Shown here one piece after another: positions 13,666 to 26,744 of a DNA stretch of 64,000 bases. Positions within the stretch are counted from its first letter, which is position 1. The number at the start of each line of letters is the position of its first letter. Both the position numbers and the translations under genes were made by a program. The notes below the pieces were generated by a model that saw only the letters and a list, made by a program, of their open reading frames with translations, made no database searches and was not told the DNA's origin. This DNA comes from Eledone cirrhosa. Taxonomy: Eukaryota. The stretch covers positions 267,654,001-267,718,000 of the forward strand of contig OZ024740.1 in the NCBI GenBank assembly GCA_964016885.1. Reading direction: 5' to 3'.

Positions 13666-16009
13666 ACCTACATTTCTCTCACTTTTTGTTTATTCTAATT
13701 TTAACTTTCAGATTTTAACTCTTTCCTTCCCCATTCTCCCCCCCCCCTTATCTCTCTCTTTATTTATATATATATATATATACACATGTATATTAGGTAA
13801 GAAACAGCTTAGGTTATTTTATTCAGAAGACAATGCTAAATAATATATGGAAGCAAAATTAGGTAGACTTTGTATAGCAATTGGTATTGAATATTACTTC
13901 ATGATACACTAAATTCTCTGGAACTATCTACTCTCAGAACATCTGCTGGGCACATTACTAAAGCTAACTGTGTTCCAAGTGAGACTCATTCCTGATTTTG
14001 TCTATTTTACTTGCCTAACCAAACTCTCAGCAAGTTACCTTTCAAAGCTTCACTCTCACATCACTTTAGAAATATCACTGTCTGAAATCGATGAAATTGC
14101 TGACTCACTTTTAAAGACAGTATTGCAATGTTTCGTTTTGCTTTTAATTTTTATTTTATTTTAATTCTACATTATTTCCTTTTAAACTATTATATCACTG
14201 TAGTTATCTGAGTCAGACAGAGATATTTAACTGATAGATATGTCAACAGGATGTTCAACTATAGTTTATCATGTGCTACACAAGCAGGATTGATAACCAA
14301 AATATTTAACTTTCACCAAACCAATCCATCTAGCTGTAAACAAGTAGACCACAAAATGATCAGGCTCAGTGCATTTAAACAACTGCATTATTTAAAAAAA
14401 ATTATTCAAACCTTTTTTTTAGCTTTTAGTGTCAATAATTTTGGGGTGATTATGCTCTACCTTGCATGATGGAAAAGTGTATAGTTCGGTCATGAAATAT
14501 GGTTTATTGACACTCGTATATAGTTATTTCTTAATTTATTAGTTAGAAAGGAAAGGTAGTACCCATGACCTTTTTCATATCTTCCAAGATTGGTGAGAGA
14601 GAGGAAGAAAGCTGCCTTAGACAGAAGATTTGATTCAAATGTTTGCATGTAGTGTAAAACTGGGCAATGGATAAGGTTTATCATCCAGGCTGGCTACTGT
14701 GGGATTTGAACACAGAATTCAAATTGCTAGAACAAATACCAAGAGTTATCCCATTAATTATGAAAATATTCAAAAATTTAGCTGTATTTAGTAAAATAAT
14801 TAACTTTTACATCCATATCTATATTAAGCTTGGTGCATAAAATAAATGATTCTTGCATATGATTTTGATAAAAAGTTTTAATTTAAATACAAACACTTTA
14901 AAATGGACATTTCTGAATCATAGAACCAGAATCAGTCACATCTGGGTTGGTATTAAAAAGTTTAAATATCAAAACAGTTACAGACACAGAACTGAATCCG
15001 CCCCAAAAAGATGAAATACCAAAAGTGAAAGTTCTTCAATAACTGATCTTGAATGATTTACTGCTATTTTCATGAGTTTATGAGGGAGACTTTATGCAGT
15101 CTTTTGATCTATTAAAAATAATAGCTAAATGACCCTTAAAGCACAGACAACCATATTAAATAAGAGGGATACATTGGACAATGTAATTCTTGATATACAA
15201 AAGAATAAGATGGATGATTATGAATGAAGCACCTTTGATATATTTACTCAATCAGGGTTGTCCTGGGTGATAAGCAACAACAACAACAACTTGAGTCATA
15301 TGAAAGGATCAACTCTTCAGCATCTTGTAATAGTGTTTTACTTCACTAAATCAAGAAATTTATGACACAATAATTGCAAAATATTTATCAGAGAAGATAC
15401 TGAAAAAAAAAAATGAACATTTATTTATTTCTAGTCAACAGAGAAGGGCAATGCCTGTAACTATTTTTCAGGGTCTTTAAAACTTGTAGGAGGGTGTAAA
15501 GAATCCTCAAATCAAAGACCTTGTCTGAATGAACTCTACAAAAGACACCCAAGAGCAAGATGGTGGTATTAAATTGAGTAACTAATTATGTACACCACCT
15601 ATGTAAGACTCATAAGGAATTGAACTAAGAACACAAAGAAACAGATACCATCTGACATTAATGATTTTGATAGTTCACTGCCCTTTATTTATCAACCCTT
15701 GAAGGATGAAAGACATGTTTACCTTGGCAGGATTTTAACTCAGAAGGAAAAGACCTGGAATAAATTCTGCAAGAAATGCTTTACCAATGGTTATTGATTG
15801 AGGCACAAGGCCAACAATTTTGGAGGAAGGGATTTGAACTCAGAACGTAAAAGGCTGTAACAATATTGCTAATCCATGTTACTGGGCTGGTATTGATCAA
15901 CTGAAAGGATGAAAAGGAAAGTGTAACTTGAGATTTGATCTCACAGGATAGATAATTTGCTGTCTGAGGTGAATTACACTACTCTGTTATTGTTATCATT
16001 ATTATTATT

Positions 16010-16470
16010 ATTGGATGCATTTAAAAGGTTTGAAGACAGCTATTTTCCTTTTCAGCAAAGACCTGATTAACTTTTTCAGATTTCACTTGAAGAGGAAAAT
16101 CAGTGTGGAGAGGGAAGTGTTGCCTTCCAACCAGTTTGTTGAAAGGTGGGTGAGAGTAGCAAGCATATCTGTGTGAATGGGCCTGCCTTGAGCATACGCT
16201 TGTAGATTGGAGTAGAAAAACTGGGAAAGTGCACTTTACCCTAGCGGAGAGGGTGACCGTGGCTTTTGTGAGGTTTCTACATGCGTGACTCTTAGTCTCC
16301 TCACTTTGGGGAATTTGTTATGTTTGTTTTAAATGTTTATTTTAAATGTTTATTTTCTTAGTCTCCTTTATACATTTTATTTTACACAAAAAGAAACCCA
16401 CACTGTATCGTTCTATACCGTTTTTAATGTTTCCTTAATGTGAGCTCTGTGTGGCTAATAAAGAAATCAT
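16010..16470 (+). mobile_element. Tx1/L1-like LINE 3' fragment
   Basis: DLINFFRFHLKRKISVEREVL...FVERWVRVA, ending tgtggctaataaagaaa; homologous to 26745-27245. Confidence 0.6.
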
Positions 16471-17540
16471 TATCATCATCATCATTATTATTTTATGGCT
16501 TAGTCAAAAAGAAAGCACACTGCCTCTGACCTCCACAGGCCCTCCAAAACCAGTGAGATTAATATGATGTTTTGTTTGAAAGACTTTGGCAATTGCAGGT
16601 ATAACAGGAGGGGGAATTATTCATGAGTGTTGAAAATGTTTGAGTGAAGGTGATATACAACTAGATAGTTCAGAGTTTGATGGACTCAGCTGTTGTCAGC
16701 TAAATGTCTTGACCACTGACACAATGAAGTGGCAATGTCATGATATAGTCTACTGAATCAAACAGCAGCCATGTGTTCATTAATCTATTGACACTTGGAT
16801 GTCTACACTCATTAGAAATGGCAATAGTTATCCATAGTTATCCATAACAATTGCTATCGCTTATTCAAAATGCAAACAGTATCAGTCCAGTATTTTTAAA
16901 ATGTGTAAGGGACTTGGCAGAGTCATTAGAATGTTGGATAGAGAGCATTGTGGTGTTTGTTCTGGCTCTCTGCTTTCTTAGTTCAAATCCAGCCTAGATC
17001 AACTTTGTCTTTTCATCCATTTGAGGTTGATAAAAAAAGTACCAGTCAAGTACTGGGATTGAATTTTCCTCTATATCACCTTCTCACTTCTGTTTTCTCA
17101 CTATCTTTCGCTGGAAAAAATCAGCTGTACTCAGGCCAGGAGGGATGGGTTCTGCCAGGTTTATAAAAACCTTAGAAATGTTATATGCCAATATGGCATC
17201 TCTCTGACTCCTTCAGGAGTTACAGTTCCATACCATACCAATGGACTTCACTGGAAATGATTATTAAACAAAGTCTAACTAAAACTCCAATGAATACAAT
17301 ATTCCTACTTCTTTTCTTTGTAGTGTAATGAATAAGATGATTTGCTTTGATTGGTTACAATATTAGTAAGAGATTTATCTGTTAGAAATTAACATTTTTA
17401 AAGTAGTAATTATGAAAATATTTCTCCTTGAATCAAACTCAGCTGTTACTAATGAGTTGCTACAAGATTCATTATCAGAATAAAATCTTAATTAAACTAT
17501 TTCAGAAAGCAAATATGTGTATGTTTGCGTCTGTGTCTTT

Positions 17541-17573
<33 letters not shown>

Positions 17574-18132
17574 CATACACACACACATGTAAATGAAAAC
17601 ACACATATATACATATGCACATGCACACATGCACACATATATATATATTCGAAAGTAAGGTTTTCTTTAAGATGTCCCACACAAGTAAAAATGTAGGAAA
17701 AAGAAGTTGAAAAAGCAATTGCGTCTTTAAGACTGTTTATTTACAATAATCTATGACATTGCCAGTTTCACAAGTTTCATGATTTTCAAAAGTCAAGAGA
17801 GATGGAAAAATGTGTGGCTATGCTGACTTGTAACTTGCATGTATATATATATATACAGTATCTATTGGGTGCCTTTACTATGTAGATCAACAGCACTAAA
17901 GAGGTTCTTATATTGTGACACAACTGAAGAGTCTTCTCAACCATCTTTAGGCATGGTTTCTACAGCAGGGTAACTCTGCTGTTCCCAACAACTTATAGGG
18001 TTTACTAGATGCATATATACATATAGATATAGATATATACATATACATATATAAAGTAGTTCCACAACAGTTAATTCACCACTTCCGAAAACAATTGTTT
18101 CACCTTATTTGAATCATCAGCTTAGTTTAAAT

Positions 18133-18169
18133 GAGCTGATGATCTGAATAAGGTGAAAAAATTGTTCTC
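18133..18169 (+). ncRNA. Minimal hammerhead-like motif, same family as 24771
   Basis: gag-CTGATGA-tctgaataaggt-GAAA-aaattg-TT-ctc. Confidence 0.62.
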
Positions 18170-18553
18170 GGAAATGGTGAATTAACTGTTGGGGAACTAA
18201 TTCTACGAAACTCATCCCGTGGACTGAGTGCTCTACTACTATGGATATAACCCACCAGTGTTCTACTAATATATATATATGTATATATATATATGTATGA
18301 TAGGAATTCATTCCGTCTGAAATTCACATCTTTCTATATTTTTTGTAATAAACTGCTTAAATCAAGTTTATTCTGTCTTTCTCGAAAATCAATAGATATA
18401 TAAAAGGATTTTTATTGCAGTGATATTATGTAAAATACAACAACGAATTTGAATCCATCCACACATAATACATTGTATATATCATCATCATCCGCTTTTC
18501 CCTGCTTGAGCAAATTGTAGTTTACTTGAAGCATTGCGTAATGAGGTATAAAG

Positions 18554-18902
18554 GTTTGAAGTTAGAAGGCCAAAACAATGCAGGTATGGATATAGAATAC
18601 AAATGCAAAAGATATTGCTGACAATTAATCTTTTACCTTAAATTTATTTGAATATCCTTAATTTTCGAGATAATATCTCTTCTTCGGAGGGAAGTAAAGA
18701 GGTTAATCCAGTCATGACTTGGCAAGCTAATTAGAACACTGGATTAATCCCTTTACTTCCCTCCGAAGAAGAGATATTATCTCGAAAATTAAGGATATTC
18801 AAATAAATTTAAGGTAAAAGATTAATTGTCAGCAATATCTTTTGCATTTGTATTTATATTCTATATCCATACCTGCATTGATTTGGCCTTCTAACTCCAA
18901 AC
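18554..18902. repeat. Long inverted repeat, arms about 160 bp
   Basis: 18597-18699 is the exact reverse complement of 18751-18853; spacer about 25 nt. Confidence 0.95.
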
Positions 18903-18914
18903 GTATATATATAC

Positions 18915-18949
<35 letters not shown>

Positions 18950-20276
18950 CAGAAGCCTGACAAGCCTTTGATTCCAGAGTTGGGTCGGATCAATACAGAT
19001 CAAACCTTGAGCTGATCAATCGTGAAACGTGCTTCACACCTCAATAAATGTAATGAAAATGTAACACCTCGTCTCCATTTTATAATTATTATATATATAT
19101 ATATATAAAAATATAATTATTTTATAATTATTATATATATATATATAAATATATAGATATATATATTTACACTTTTATTTGTATATCTTTTTTAATGAAC
19201 TTCGTAAATCATATTTCTAATATTAACTGTGTTTCTATGTACACAATGTCTTTTATAATTATATAATCCTTCATTTATTAATATCAACTTTTTGTTGTTT
19301 CTGTGGATGCAAAAACCAATATAATTTTTTCAATGTTATCAACATAATCATTATCTGTAAAATATACATTATTAAAGAAGTTACGAGGAACGAAAGTCAG
19401 GTGGATTTACGACACTCTAATTATGTAAATATATATCTACCTGTATGTCTCTCTCTCTGTCTTTCATTCACTCACTTCTATTTAGGCTTATCTCTTCATT
19501 ACTATATACATACACCTATACAACAAGACAAACCTTTCTCTCTCATACATGTATATGTATGTGTGTGTGAGCATGCATGCGTGTCTGTGTTATAGAATTA
19601 TATGTGTATATTTTAATTTATATACAATTAGCACTACAGTTTTCAGTGAAGAACAAGGTAACTGTTGTGATGTTCATGCTTTTCTCAAATAAGAAATAAA
19701 ACAAACCTGGCACAACATCAAATAAAATATAAGCTCATATGGAACTTAATTTCTACCCTAGAAAACTTTCCACACTCTTTCAGGTTTAAACACGTGAGAC
19801 TGAGTCACAACAAAGGCAATGCGGGGTATGATAAAAATGTTGGCCTAATAGCTAATTATTGTCTGCACAGGCTGGGAAAACAACCTTTAAAACCAATGAT
19901 GAAGATCATATGCAACATGTGGCCTCCATATGTCTAATGAGGCAATGATATGCTCTCCAGTCCAAACAGGAAGTTGTGAAGATGATCTTGGCATCCAGAA
20001 TAAAGTTTTGTAATATTCCTCATCCCCCATCACCACCACACCTCCATTTTCCAGTTCAACTGTAAAGCAAGTAGTTTGAGATTATTTGGCAAATAATAGA
20101 ATATAATGTTTGCAATGAGAATCATATTCACAACCTACGACATATGATTCATCATCTAGTGAAGTACAGTATCTTCATAACTATTATACACACACATATA
20201 TATGTATATATATGTCCCAAGGCTCTGATACCATCAACACTATAAACACAGAGCTGACATATCTAAGAACTGACTA

Positions 20277-20332
20277 ACTGCCTGATGAGGTCATAACCAT
20301 TCAATGGCTATCATCGAAATATATATAGCAGT
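20277..20332 (+). ncRNA. Minimal type I hammerhead ribozyme motif
   Basis: actgc-CTGATGA-stem II (27 nt)-GAAA-tatata-TA-gcagt, followed by AATAAA at 20334. Confidence 0.8.
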
Positions 20333-20586
20333 AAATAAAGGATTATGAGTTCATGCAATTGACTTATGTTTCGTCACTATATATATATATAGACATGCTC
20401 AATTGCACCTCTTAAAGACGATGACATAAGACTGAGATCTCTGGCATTATTCAGTAATACAGAAGACTCACCTTCCCATGGGCGCAGGCTGACCCTGAAG
20501 CATATATACAATATGCACCATCCATAGCCCACCCCACCCTCACATACATCTATGAGGACAAGCTGAAGTATACATCAAGTGAAGGA

Positions 20587-21083
20587 CCCAGCCCACACTG
20601 TAAAGTGGTCATGTAGATGTCACGACAAAAAGCACCCAGCCCACACTGTAAAGTGGTCGTGTAGATGTCACGACAAAAAGCACCCAGCCCACACTGTAAA
20701 GTGGTCGTGTAGGTCTCACGACAAAAAGCACCCAGTCCATACTGTAAAGTGGTCATGTAGATGTCACGACAAAAAGCACCCAGCCCACACTGTAAAGTGG
20801 TCGTGTAGGTGTCACGACAAAAAGCACCCAGCCCACACTGTAAAGTGGTCGTGTAGGTCTCACGACAAAAAGCACCCAGCCCACACTGTAAAGTGGTCGT
20901 GTAGATGTCACGACAAAAAGCACCCAGCCCACACTGTAAAGTGGTCATGTAGGTGTCACAACAGAAAGCACCCAGCCCACACTGTAAAGTGGTCATGTAG
21001 GTGTCACGACAAAAAGCACCCAGCCCACACTGTAAAGTGGTCATGTAGGTGTCACAACAGAAAGCACCCAGCCCACACTGTAA
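20587..21083 (+). repeat. 48-bp minisatellite, about 10.3 units, derived from a retroposon 3' UTR
   Basis: Unit cccagcccacactgtaaagtggtcgtgtagRtgtcacgacaaaaagca starting at 20587, 20635, ... 21067. Confidence 0.97.
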
Positions 21084-21737
21084 TGTGTGAATAAATATGT
21101 ACGTCTGTTTGAATGTGTATGTGCTTGTGAGTGCTACACAGAGGATGGTCAAATGTTTAATTAATTCAACTGAGAGGCATCTTGGGCAATTGTCATTTAC
21201 CACAGCCTTAGGTTGACCCAAGTCTAGTGAGTGGAAGTGTATAGAAGATGGGAACTGTACAGAATTCCATCAAATGGATTGTACCTAGGCTTATTACACT
21301 GTCATGCTAATTCTCTCTGAGGATTATGTTAAAGATACATTCATATGACTGTGGAATACTTGGCCATTTACATGCTAATTTAATGAGTAGGAGGTTCAGT
21401 TGTTCAAACAACTGAATACTTATCATTGAAACTGACTGAGATCCATTTACTTTATTAATATTAGTTCAGTCATTTTTCATAGTCTTAAGGAAGAAAAAAA
21501 AGTTGAATGTTGTTATTACCAATACAAATATATTTTCTTTTCTAAGTAATTTTGTCTGTGGTCCTTTCATTGTTTTCTGTTCTATTCATCTAATGGACAA
21601 TCAAAATACCATTACCTACCTATCTACCTACCGACCTATTTACCTACCTTCCTACCTACCTATCTATCTATTTGTCTGTCAGTCTGTCTATGCAAATGTT
21701 TTGTTGCTACCTGTTCTCATCATTACTGAAACTACCC

Positions 21738-21770
<33 letters not shown>

Positions 21771-22229
21771 CTACTACCACCATTATTACTAATATCACTA
21801 GTGCTAGAAAAAAATAAAAGAAAGCAAAAATAACAAATCTTCCTCTAACAACACCACTTTACCTGCTCCAACCCACAACCGCCCCCCCCCCCATTTCATT
21901 TCAAATTATGCAACAGGCAGTCTTTTTCAGGTTTATGGAGTCTATTGTAAAACCTTGTGCACTAAGTAGACATAATGTAACATATTAATACATAAATTAA
22001 ACAAGCAGACATCATCATTGAATGGATCAATATAGTCGATCATAAAATTTATAATAGAAATTTGTTAAGAACATCTATAGTCTGTATAATAATGGCTCAG
22101 CTGCTGGAAATTCTTTAACAACAATGAACACCAGAGCAGTGGTTATTGATGTCGTTGTTGTTTTGTTGTTATTGTTGATTTTTTTTTCCTTTTCTTCATC
22201 CATCGTCACCCTCTTTCCTTTTCTTCCTC

Positions 22230-23335
22230 CACCCTACCTCACTTTCTATCTATCCACCCATCCTCCCCCACTTTCCTTTTTATCTATCCATCCTCCCCCA
22301 CTTTCCTTTCTATCTATCCACCCATCTTCCCCCGCTTTCCTTTATATCTATCCACCCATCCTCCCCTGCTTTCCTTTTTATCCATCCATCCTCCCCTGCT
22401 TTCCTTTCTATCTATCCATCCTCCCCTGCTTTCCTTTCTATCTATCCAACCTCCCCTGCTTTCCTTTATATCTATCCATCCATCCTCAATCTCTTTCCTT
22501 TCCCACATCTGCTTTTCTTTTTATCCATTTATCCTCACCCTCTTTCCTTTCTATCTATCAATACTCATACCCTTTTCTTTCTAGCCATCTATCATTACCC
22601 TCTTTTTTTTTGTATCCACCCATCCTCCTTGCTTTCTTTCTTTCTATCCATCCTCACCTTGTTTCCTTTCTATCTCCCCATCCTCACCTTGTTTCCTTTC
22701 TATCTACCCATCATCACCCACTTTCCTTTCTATGTATCCATCTATCCTCCCAATCTTTCCTTTTTATCCATCTATCATCACCCACTTTCCTTTCTATCCA
22801 TCCATCGTCACCCACTTTCCTTTCTATCCATCCATCGTCACCCACTTTCCTTTCTATCCATCCATCGTCACCCACTTTCCTTTCTATCCATCCATCGTCA
22901 CCCACTTTCCTTTCTATCCATCCATCGTCACCCACTTTCCTTTCTATCCATCCATCGTCACCCACTTTCCTTTCTTTCCATCTATCGTCACCCACTTTCC
23001 TTTCTATCCATCCATCGTCACCCACTTTCCTTTCTATCCATCCATCGTCACCCACTTTCCTTTCTATCCATGCATCGTCACCCACTTTCCTTTCTATCCA
23101 TCCATCGTCACCCACTTTCCTTTCTATCCATCCACCGTCACCCACTTTCCTTTCTATCCATCCATCGTCACCCACTTTCCTTTCTATCCATCCACCGTCA
23201 CCCACTTTCCTTTCTATCCATCCATCGTCACCCACTTTCCTTTCTATCCATCCACCGTCACCCACTTTCCTTTCTATCCATCCACCGTCATCCACTTTCC
23301 TTTCTATTCACCTATCTTCACCCAAATTCCTTTCT
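22230..23335 (+). repeat. 30-bp pyrimidine-rich minisatellite
   Basis: Unit cccactttcctttctatccatccatcgtca, homogeneous over about 22770-23310 and degenerate upstream. Confidence 0.97.
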
Positions 23336-24286
23336 AGTACATAAAGTGCTGCCCACTCTGGGAATCAAACCTAATGCCTTGTGATTGAACATCCAACCCA
23401 CTAACCACTACATTACATGATTTTATAGGAGGGGTATAAAAGTAGAGAAAGAAGATACCATGACTGATGTAGAATAATTTAAGATATTGAGTTATCTATC
23501 CTTACAATAGACAACTTGTCCAAATGCTTGCAATAGAGGGAACTCTGTTAAATTAAGACAACCTAACCAAACAAGGGCCAGTTGGGATAGATGGATAATG
23601 AAAGCAAACCTTCTCTTTCCCCTTTCTCTCCTACACCTTCATTATGCTTTCTTAGTTTTTTTTTTTTTTGCATTAGTTTGTCAGAATGGAGTGCAGTACC
23701 CATGATGGTTTTGAAGGTACACCAAGATTGGTGTGAGAAAAGTTTCCTCAGACCGAAGACTTAGCTCAAATGTTTATGACAAAGCGGACAGTGCTAAAGA
23801 CATCCAAATGTCAGGTGATGGTATTAAACCAGATGACTGATAATGTGTAGCAATCAAGTATACCACAATCAGTTTTGAAATCAGAATGTAAAGAGTGAGA
23901 ACAAATACCACATGGTCTACTACCTGAAGTGCTGATGATATACCAGTTCAACTACTCTATAGACTGGTAAATTATTTATCAACCCTGGAAAGATGAAGCA
24001 TAAAGAAGACATTGGAAAGATTTGAAATCAGAACACAAGGGTTTCAATGTATTTTCTCCAATGCTCTAATGCTGTCAATTTGCCACCAGTTTTTTCCCAT
24101 GCCTCTCAACCTGAGATAAACCATCACCACAGTGTTGGACTTACCTATAAGCTAAATAAAGTACAGCTTAGGGCCACATACCCTGGGGGATCTCACTTTT
24201 TTAAATATATTTTTATTTTATCATTAGTTTTTATTCTTTAACACTAAATCATCAAAAATGATGTTTATATATATATATATATATAT

Positions 24287-24625
24287 GGAGGCACATCGCT
24301 TAGTGGTTAGAGCATTGGCCTTGCAATCGAAAGGTTGTGAGTTCAATTCTCAGACCGGGTGATGTGTTGTTTCCTTGAGCAAGACACTTTATTTCACATT
24401 GCTCCAGTTTACTCAGCTGTAGAAATGAGATGATAGGGACTGGGGTCCATATCATTTCACTGCAAAGTGGTTGTGTAGGCGCCATGGCAAAAAAAGCACC
24501 CAGCACTCACTGTAAATGAGGTTCGTGTTAGGAAGGGCATCCAGCTGTAGAAATCAAGCCAGAATCAGTTCCCGTCCCACCCTTGCAAGCAGGGAAAAAG
24601 CGGATGTAAAATGATGATGATGATA
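24287..24625 (+). mobile_element. SINE family A copy
   Basis: Collinear with 5553-5885. Diverged head segments also occur at about 3040-3170(-), 33080-33210(-), 43290-43350(+) and 43520-43645(-). Confidence 0.9.
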
Positions 24626-24770
24626 TATATAGTGGTAGAACACTGGAAGGTAATATCCGTAGTGGTAGAACACTCAGTCCCTGGGACGAGTTAGGTAGAA
24701 GTGGTTATACAACAGTTAGTTCACCATACCGAGAACAATTGTTTCACCTTAGCAGATCCTTAGCCATTAC

Positions 24771-24806
24771 GAGCTGAGGATCCGCTAAGGTGAAACAATT
24801 GTTCTC
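24771..24806 (+). ncRNA. Minimal hammerhead-like motif
   Basis: gag-CTGAGGA-tccgctaaggt-GAAA-caattg-TT-ctc, with a palindromic stem III. Confidence 0.65.
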
Positions 24807-25046
24807 AGTATACAATACATACATGCATAATATATGGGCTTTCCTTCGAATGAATGAAACAGTTCTAGTTCAGTGGAAGCCATTTCTATATTAAATCTTG
24901 TATACACTCTACTATGTATTGAGTACCTTACTTACTGTGGTTACCCTTGATTGAACCTGGGACTCACATATATATTTTATATATATATAAAATATATAAT
25001 ATATATATTATTTATTCTTTATTATTAACATAAATATATAAATTAA

Positions 25047-25236
25047 TAATTGTTTCTATTTTTAGGCACAAGGCCAGCAATTACCCAGTACATTACTGGT
25101 ACTTTATTTTATCGACCCCGTAAGGATGAAAGGCAAAGTTAACCTCGGCGGGATTTGAACTCAGATCATAAAGGCACGTAACTCTATGCTTCAAAGCATG
25201 GTGTCCGACTCTCTACCGATACTGCCAATCCACCAT
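25047..25236 (-). mobile_element. SINE family B copy
   Basis: Close match to 62775-62960. Confidence 0.88.
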
Positions 25237-25689
25237 ATTATATAAATAATATATATGTATAATTATTAAAAAAATTTTTCATGAATTTTTTTGGAGAGGA
25301 ACCTCAAATTTCATATAGCTTCGGACCTCAGCAGGTAAAAGTTTGGCACTGCCTCACCCCGATACCATCTTGTTTTATTCATTCAGTACCATTTTTCACT
25401 TTCCCACACATCATACACCTCCTACATACCTACAACTCTTTCCATACATATACCAGTCAGAATGATGAGCCATCTTTTAGTTTCAGTTCATGTTTGTTTG
25501 TTTGTTTGTTTTAAACAAAGTGGCAGTGTTCACCATTACCTTCTTTGGTTCTGCTGCACTTTAATTTTTTTCTCTTCTCTCTCTCTCCTCTTATCTATTT
25601 CTTACACACACACACACACACACACTTATACAAACTAACCAACTTACAGATCTTCTGTTTCAAATACATTGCTGGTATGTTGTGTATTA

Positions 25690-25760
<71 letters not shown>

Positions 25761-26173
25761 TCATATATATATACACATACACACATATATATATACACAT
25801 ACACTACATATACATGCATATACATTTATATACTATATATACATACATATGTACACACATACATATGTACATACATACACACATACACAACCTACATACA
25901 CATACATACATATTTATATATATTATATATATATAGCTTATACAGGACTAGAAATGTTTCATTCATTTTAACTCTGGATCAGTCTGCCTATCTCTCTCTT
26001 TCTGTAACTCTTTAAAATTTACATACATAATGCATTCTCATCATCGTGTTGCTTCAGTAAGAAGTTTGCTTCCCAATCACAATATTCTGGGTTCTAAACC
26101 TACATTTGTCCCTGTAAATATCTATTTCTACAAAGTTTACACACACATTATATATATATATATATATATATAT

Positions 26174-26174
<1 letters not shown>

Positions 26175-26213
<39 letters not shown>

Positions 26214-26412
26214 ACGTTTAACGTCCGTGTTCCACGCTTGCATGGGTTTGGACGGGGGTATTTCCCACTTGAGGCAAGAGTGAGTGTCTTGCTCGCATAG
26301 GACTGTCTGGCAGGTTTTCTACAGTTGGATGCTCTTCCTAACACCAACCACATTTACAGTGTGGGTCTGGGAGGTTTTTACCGTGTTGCCTACACGGCCA
26401 CATTACAGCGTG

Positions 26413-26416
<4 letters not shown>
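26175..26416 (-). mobile_element. 3'-terminal fragment of the same RTE LINE
   Basis: Reverse complement of 11270-11489 including the (TGA)n tail. Confidence 0.9.
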
Positions 26417-26446
<30 letters not shown>

Positions 26447-26744
26447 ATTGTTTCTACTTTAGGCACAAGGCCAGCAATTACCCAGTGCATTACTGGTACT
26501 TTATTTTATCGACCCCGTAAGGATGAAAGGCAAAGTCAACCTCGGCGGGATTTGAATTCAGATCGTATATATAGATATATAATAATAATTTTATCATATA
26601 TATGATAAAATTTGCTCTGGACGTAACACCCGTGTCTGAAAGAACCCGCAGAAGTAGAATCAGCCAGATCCATACAAGGACCATGACTCGAGCTATATGC
26701 CGGCGAATATATATATATATAGAGAGAGAGAGATAGATAGATAT

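Noticed and set aside
20587-21083. CRISPR-like array, or the 171 and 223 aa ORFs
   Set aside because: There are no unique spacers or cas genes and the context is eukaryotic. The 48-bp unit is divisible by 3, which explains the open frames.
22124-23384. Long repetitive ORFs (406, 251, 201 and 193 aa)
   Set aside because: Open in several frames because of a stop-poor 30-bp repeat; no domain signal.
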